A stretch of DNA of 64,000 bases from assembly GCA_963796685.1 (NCBI GenBank), contig CAWCMR010000025.1, forward strand, positions 864,001 to 928,000. Direction: 5' to 3'. Of the stretch, positions 58,353 to 64,000 are shown piece by piece. Under the pieces are notes generated by a model that ran no database searches, was not told the origin of the DNA, and saw nothing but the letters and a program-made list of their open reading frames with translations. Each line of letters starts with the position of its first letter. Positions within the stretch are counted from its first letter, which is position 1. This stretch comes from an uncultured delta proteobacterium. Lineage in GTDB: Bacteria; Myxococcota_A; Polyangia; Fen-1088. The position numbers were made by a program, and so were the translations under genes.

Positions 58353-59276
58353 ATGTCCATGATGAAGGCCGATCCGCGGCGGCGTCGCCAACTTCCGGTG
58401 AAGGGACCGTTGGTCTTCTGGCGGTTAGGCCAGGATGGCATTTCGCACGTGGGTTTGGTGGTGGTGGTCAATGCCTGTGTGAACCCGGGTTGTCCCTGCC
58501 GCGAGGTCACCTTGATGGTGCACAGGGTGGAGGACCAGATTGTCGGCGTCGAACTGAAGGGCAGCACGATCCGGTTCTTCTTCCACAAGGACGATGGGAT
58601 TGGTGGAAGCGAATTCGAAAGTGCCCGCGTCCTGCTTGCGGATCTGGATCTTGATGCAGGTCACGTGGAGATCGGCAAGAATGCCGCCGCAGACGCGCGC
58701 GACGAATCCGCGCTGGCCTGGCTGCGCGAGGAATTGGACGGCCCGGTTCTCGACCATATTGCCAATCAGGCGCTGCGCCTCAAGGGGCTTCGCCCGCTCG
58801 CTCGCGTGGAGGTCATGAGCTTCAAGCGGAATGTGCTCGTGGCATTCGGCGAGGCCTATCTGCACGGGCGCGTCGATGTCTATGTCATCGACGGCTTTCG
58901 TGTCGAGGTCTTGGATGTCTATTGCGTGGAGCCCGGCTGTTCTTGCACGGAAATGCGCTTCATCGTGGGTGGTGGTGACCGCGATATGGGATCCATCATC
59001 GTGGATCTGGGCAAGCCGGAACGACCACGATTCGACGGCCATCCTGTGCTGCCTCGACTGTGGCAAGCCATCCGGGGGCGTTACCCGAGCATGGATGTAT
59101 TTCAAAAGCGCGCTGTCAAGATGAAGGAGGCTGGGCCCGACATCATCGCCCAGGCCCAAGCGCGACACCGTGCTGCAAAACCGGCCATCAGTCGCAACCA
59201 GCCCTGCCCTTGCGGCTCGGGCAAGAAGTACAAGCGCTGCTGCATCCGCAAAACCGTGGCGCCCCCCGCAATTTGA
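58353..59276 (+). CDS. SEC-C metal-binding motif protein
   Basis: CVNPGCPC and YCVEPGCSC clusters; C-terminal [18 protein letters not shown]. Confidence 0.8.
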   Translation: MSMMKADPRRRRQLPVKGPLVFWRLGQDGISHVGLVVVVNACVNPGCPCREVTLMVHRVEDQIVGVELKGSTIRFFFHKDDGIGGSEFESARVLLADLDLDAGHVEIGKNAAADARDESALAWLREELDGPVLDHIANQALRLKGLRPLARVEVMSFKRNVLVAFGEAYLHGRVDVYVIDGFRVEVLDVYCVEPGCSCTEMRFIVGGGDRDMGSIIVDLGKPERPRFDGHPVLPRLWQAIRGRYPSMDVFQKRAVKMKEAGPDIIAQAQARHRAAKPAISRNQPCPCGSGKKYKRCCIRKTVAPPAI

Positions 59277-59397
59277 TCTTCGTGTGACAGTCCCTGTCAA
59301 CATGGCGGTCGTACCTTGGCAGCATGGGCCAGACCATGTCTCTGCTTGTCTATGAATCCCAAGGATTGCCTGACGCTGCCGAGGCCGCTGTGGTGCT

Positions 59398-60901
59398 CTA
59401 CTGATCGGTCTTGGGTGCTTCGGCCGGCGGTTGCAGCAGCGTCAGCTTGCTCAGATCCGGCTCGGTCGGACTGCCGTCGATGAGAATGTCGTGGCAGGTA
59501 TCGCAGTCGTTGGGGATGACCTCGCCGCTCTTGGCGTTCTTCATGTTGCCGTCGTGGCAGCGAAAGCAGCCGGGAAAATCGTCGTGTCCGATGTTGTTCG
59601 GATGGGTCTTGGAGTTGGTGTTCATCTCCGGGAACACCGTACGGTCGTAAATCTGCGCGGCCTCCTCGGAGCCGCGCGCGACCAGGGCGCCCTGCTTGGC
59701 CACGATCTCGGGATAGGTGGTCGCGTAGAACTGGGCCATGGCGTTGCGTACGCCCGCGACGCCCAGCTCGTGGGTGGGATAGGAGGCCGAGACCGCTTTC
59801 ACCACCTCGCGCTTGTAGAAGGGTAGCGCGCGCAGGTCGGCCTGCCGCTGCAAGACCGCATCCGTTGCCTTGGGCGGGGTTTCGAAGAGGTGGGTCGGGC
59901 GGTTGTGGCAATCGATGCAGTCCATCAGCCGGGCGCCGGACGCAATGCGATCCGCGGTGGGTGGCTGCGTGTCCTCGCGCACGAACTCTTTGCGCTTGCC
60001 GTCCGGCGTGGTGAGCTTCGACCCACGCCATCTCCTGCCGGCGCTTGTCGGTGGCGAGGTAACGAATCTTGTTGTCGGCGTAGATGTGCCACCAGTGGAT
60101 ACCACCGTGCTGCTGGTTGGCGTTCGCCGCGCCGCCGCCGGTCTTGAGCAGCAGAGCGGTGAAGCTGGGGGTGTTCTTCTCGTCGTCGGCGAACCGGCCG
60201 ATGAGCTTGAGCTTGTCGCCGTAGTGCTTGGCCGGCCAGTGGCAGCCTTCGCACGTGTCGCGCGCCGGGCGCAGGGTGTGCACCGGCGAGGCGATGGGGT
60301 GCGCGTAGGTACCGGTCAAGACTTTGTAGACCTGGCGCAGGCCATCGAACTTGGAACGAACCATGAACGACGCGCCCGGGCCGATGTGGCACTGGACGCA
60401 CCGGACCCGCGAGTGTGGCGAGTTCTGGTAGGCGGTGTATTCGGGCTGCATGACCTTGTGGCAAACCGCGCCGCAGAACTTCGGGGTGTCCATGAAGTTG
60501 ACCGCGACCGCCGTGCTGGTGGCGAGCAAGATCCCGTTGACCACCGTCAGCCCGACGACGAGAAAGGTCGCGCGCCGGACGTGCGCGTCGTTGAAATCCA
60601 GGCGGGGATAGGACGGAACCTCTCCGGGCAAGTCGCCCTGCCTTCTCAGCTTGCGCCGGCGGAGCACGATGCCGACGGGCATGGCGACGAGGCCGGTGAC
60701 GAAGACGGCGGGAAGGAATGCCAAGCCCACGAGGCCAAGGTAGGGGTTCTCGATCACGCCGGAGGCCTCGAGGATCAAGAATGCGAGCAGGGTAATGCCC
60801 GACATGGTGGTGAGGCCGAACCCGAGCAAGGTCAGGGTGTTCTTCGCGTAGGTGGCCAGACGGGCCAGCGAAGGAGAAGGCGACTTGGACGAGCTCGTCA
60901 T
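59398..60901 (-). CDS. NapC/NirT family inner-membrane multiheme cytochrome (ImcH-like); apparent frameshift near 60017
   Basis: Three N-terminal TMs with NPYLG..LPAVF; CGAVCH, CVQCH, CEGCH, CIDCH, CFRCH, CDTCH. Confidence 0.85.
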
Positions 60902-61114
60902 GGTCGAGTATCCGATCGTTTTGCGACCACGGGTCGGGACCAGTTTCCCGAAGCGGGCCGGGGTTTGGAGGGTTGTAGGTGGGGGGCAGTACCGGCCGCA
61001 TGCGCCAGGCAATAAAGGAATTAAGGAGTCCTTTAGTCTTGATTATTGATAGCACAAGCACCGCATACGGCAACCCACGATCTGCACCCGACCTTCCCGG
61101 CCGGAAAAGAGGCG

Positions 61115-61864
61115 CTACGGTCGCGCGGCCAGAGCCGCCGCGGTGCGCTTGTAGATGTCTTCCGGCGAGCCTTCGGCCGGAATGGACACGAGCAGACCGC
61201 GCTGGCGATAGTAGTCGGCCAGCGGCGCGGTGCTCTTTTCGTAGGCTTCCATGCGCACGCGGATGGCCTCGGGTCGGTCGTCCTCGCGCAGCATGAGCTG
61301 CCCGCCGCACAGGTCGCACACGTCCGCCACCTTGGGCGGCTTGGTGGTCACGTGGTACACGGCCTTACAACCCGAGCAGGTCCGGCGGCCCGAAAGCCTC
61401 GACACGATCTGGTCGATGGGGAGATCGTAGCTGAGCACGGCGTCCAGCTTCATGGCGAGCACGCCCAGGATGGAGGCCAGGGCCTCGGCCTGGTGCACGG
61501 TGCGCGGGAAACCGTCGAGCAGGAAACCGCCGGGGCAGCGCAGACAGTTCGGCCGCTCACGCACGATGCCGATGACCGTCTCGTCGGGAACCAGCTCGCC
61601 CCGCTTCATGTACTCGAGCGCTTGGTTCAGCGCGGGTGTGCGCTCGCTCGGGTCCAAGGTCTTGGCGGCGCGAAAGACATCGCCCGTCGACAAGTGGCAG
61701 GGTCCGAGCCGTTCGCTGATGAGCTCGGCCTGGGTTCCCTTGCCCACCCCCGGTGCGCCCAGCAATACCAAGCGGTACGCGCGAGCGCCGGGGGCCAGCG
61801 TCACCTGGCAATTGGCGATTCCACCTTTGAACCATGCAGTACGGTCGTGCTTTGTTGCAGTCAT
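61115..61864 (-). CDS. adk: Adenylate kinase with Zn-lid and N-terminal extension
   Basis: LLGAPGVGKGTQA, HLSTGD, FLLDGFPRT, CSGC...CDLC lid, REDD. Confidence 0.93.
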   Translation of the reverse strand: MTATKHDRTAWFKGGIANCQVTLAPGARAYRLVLLGAPGVGKGTQAELISERLGPCHLSTGDVFRAAKTLDPSERTPALNQALEYMKRGELVPDETVIGIVRERPNCLRCPGGFLLDGFPRTVHQAEALASILGVLAMKLDAVLSYDLPIDQIVSRLSGRRTCSGCKAVYHVTTKPPKVADVCDLCGGQLMLREDDRPEAIRVRMEAYEKSTAPLADYYRQRGLLVSIPAEGSPEDIYKRTAAALAARP

Positions 61865-62105
61865 CTTGGCCGCGCAGCTTAGCAGCATCCGATGGTTGAG
61901 CGTGCTGTTTTCCGAGCTCGGAGAACCCGCGAATCCCGCTTCTGATGAGCCGCTTGGGATGAGAGAATCGGGCCGCTTCTTCTCGGACCCGCTCATCGAC
62001 ACCGCTCGCCTCGCGACCGAGGACAAGCTGACGATCTTCTACCCGCAGAAGAGCTCGGCCAACATTTACGTTCTCGATGAGTCGATCGAGTAGGCGGCGA
62101 AGAAG

Positions 62106-62606
62106 TTACGCGGCCTTCTGAAATTTGCCGCCAGCCAAGCCGCAGACGGGGCATTTGTCGGGTGCGGCCCCGAGCTCCAGGTGGCCGCACACCGGGCACA
62201 CGTAGATTTCCATGGCCGAGAGATCCTGGCCGGCTTGCAAGGCTTGCAGGGCCTGCTGATACAGATCGGCGTGCACCTTCTCGACGGCGTTTGCCCACTT
62301 GAGCATGGTCTTGCCGCGATGGCCTTCCTGCTCGGCCTGCGCGACCATGGGCGGGTACATGGTGGTGAACTCGTGGGTCTCGCCCGCGATAGCGTCCTTC
62401 AAGTTGTCCAGCGTCGAGCCCACGCCGCCCAGGTTTTGCAGGTGGGCAAGGGCGTGGATGGTCTCGGCCTCGGCGGCGGCACGAAAGAGCTTGCCGATTT
62501 GCGGGTAACCTTCCTTCTCGGCCTTGCTCGCATAGGCTAGGTACTTGCGGTTGGCCTGGCTTTCGCCGGCAAAGGCGGTCTTGAGGTTTTCGGCGGTGGT
62601 CGGCAT
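62106..62606 (-). CDS. Rubrerythrin
   Basis: AFAGESQANRKY, AETIHA, GETHE, EKVH, CPVCG...CPVCG. Confidence 0.94.
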   Translation of the reverse strand: MPTTAENLKTAFAGESQANRKYLAYASKAEKEGYPQIGKLFRAAAEAETIHALAHLQNLGGVGSTLDNLKDAIAGETHEFTTMYPPMVAQAEQEGHRGKTMLKWANAVEKVHADLYQQALQALQAGQDLSAMEIYVCPVCGHLELGAAPDKCPVCGLAGGKFQKAA

Positions 62607-62700
62607 GGTTGCTCCTTGGCGTAAGGTGGAGCGAAGGAGCTTCGACGCGTAGGAGGCGACAAGCAAGATTCAAAGGTATCGACTATGATGAGAGCCTGCG

Positions 62701-63984
62701 ATGAGACTCGACGCCTATCCCCTTGAAGCGCTCGCGGCCCGCGTGGGCACGCCATTCTACCTCTACGACGCCGGCATCCTGCGCGCGGCCCTGCGACGCC
62801 TGACCGCCATGGCCAGCGGCCCGAACCTGGTCGTACGCTACGCGATGAAGGCGAACTCGGCGCGCGCCGTGCTGCACATCGTGCGCGAGGCGGGCCTGTG
62901 GATCGACGCCGTCAGCGGCAACGAGGTGCTGCGCGCGGCCCGCGCCGGCTTTCCCCTCGGCGCCAACCCGCCGGTCATCATGCTGACCTCGGATGTCTAC
63001 CGCGACAACTCGCTCGACGTCATTCTTCGCGAAGGCGTGCTGCCCAATGTGGGTTCCCCCGGCCAAATCGGGCAACTGGTGGCGGCCGGGTACCGCGGCC
63101 CCATCGCCATGCGTGCCAACCCCGGCTTCGGCCATGGCCACGTGCAATCGTGCGACACCGGCGGCCCGTCGTCCAAGCACGGCATCTGGTATGAGGATCC
63201 GATCTTCTCCGATGCGCGCAAACAGGCCGCCGCGGCGGGGCTCAAGATCGTGGCCTTGCACACCCACATCGGCACCGGGCCCAACCCGCGGGAATTCGAT
63301 CGCAATGCGCGCAAGCTGGTGGATTTCTTCGCCGGCATCTTGCCCAGCTTTCCCGACGTCGAGGCCGTCAACTTCGGCGGCGGCATCCCGCACCCCTATC
63401 GCCCGGGTCAGAAGCCCTACGATCTCGACTGGCTGGGGCCCGTGCTCACCGATGCGGTCGCCCGTTTCGCGGCGGTACGCGGACGGCCGGTGCGGGTCGA
63501 GATCGAGCCCGGCCGCTATCCCGTCGCGGGCATGGGGCTCCTCGTGTGCCGCGTGCACGACGTGAAGAGCACGCACGACAACGACAAGGGGAAGGGCCAT
63601 CGCTTCGTCATGGTCGACGGCGGCTTCTGCGACCTCGTGCGGCCCGCCATGTACGGCGCCTACCACCACATCTCGATCCTGGGCAAGGGCGAGAGCCGCG
63701 CCCCGGAGCCGCTGGTGGTGGCCGGCCCCCTGTGCGAGAGCGGGGACGTGTTCACGCGTGACGAGCACGAGCTGCTCGACCCGCGGCTTTTGCCGCGTCC
63801 CGAGCCGGGCGACCTGCTCGTGCTCCACGACGCCGGCGCGTACGGCGCGGCCATGAGCTCCAACTACGTTTCCCAAGGGCGGGTTCCGCAAATCCTGTGG
63901 GACGAGGGGCGGGCGACCCTCATCGCGCGCCGGGAAACCGTCGAGGATTTGGTCCGCACCGAATGTGAGGAGCGTCTGCTTTAG
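62701..63984 (+). CDS. lysA: Diaminopimelate decarboxylase
   Basis: YAMKAN, SKHG, HTHIG, NFGGG, IEPGRY, GPLCESGD, GAYGAAMSSNY. Confidence 0.93.
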   Translation: MRLDAYPLEALAARVGTPFYLYDAGILRAALRRLTAMASGPNLVVRYAMKANSARAVLHIVREAGLWIDAVSGNEVLRAARAGFPLGANPPVIMLTSDVYRDNSLDVILREGVLPNVGSPGQIGQLVAAGYRGPIAMRANPGFGHGHVQSCDTGGPSSKHGIWYEDPIFSDARKQAAAAGLKIVALHTHIGTGPNPREFDRNARKLVDFFAGILPSFPDVEAVNFGGGIPHPYRPGQKPYDLDWLGPVLTDAVARFAAVRGRPVRVEIEPGRYPVAGMGLLVCRVHDVKSTHDNDKGKGHRFVMVDGGFCDLVRPAMYGAYHHISILGKGESRAPEPLVVAGPLCESGDVFTRDEHELLDPRLLPRPEPGDLLVLHDAGAYGAAMSSNYVSQGRVPQILWDEGRATLIARRETVEDLVRTECEERLL

Positions 63985-64000
63985 GGTCCAATCCCAGGGG

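Noticed and set aside
61940-61975. Hammerhead ribozyme (CTGATGAG core)
   Set aside because: No GAAA core strand or compatible stems follow

Overview
High-GC chromosomal segment that looks myxobacterial (Myxococcota, probably Polyangia-like; inferred from an RpoE1/anti-sigma/FrzS-like locus and the gene style). Housekeeping genes include secA, hflX, cyaY, groES/groEL, prfA, rpmE, pepF, adk, lysA and a trans-sulfuration enzyme, plus envelope and signalling genes. The most notable coding content is an anaerobic redox complement. It comprises two tandem multiheme cytochrome c + cytochrome b pairs (11 and 9 CxxCH motifs, like a split Geobacter CbcL), the second coupled to a Zn-peptidase, an unknown protein and a NarL-type two-component system, plus an ImcH-like NapC/NirT cytochrome and a rubrerythrin. 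Intergenic DNA holds several structured elements: a TIR-bounded MITE in a duplicated CTAG shared by two stop codons, a second element with the same covarying core but different ends, a 3.3x 81-bp hairpin tandem array, and three copies of an ACCACAGAG...CTCTGTGGT long hairpin. Eight single-base insertions break six genes, including secA, and mostly sit in AGCT/GATC/TCGA palindromes, which points to sequencing error (possibly methylation-linked). No rRNA, tRNA, CRISPR array, transposase or prophage was recognised. All family calls come from motif recognition by eye; no database searches were run.
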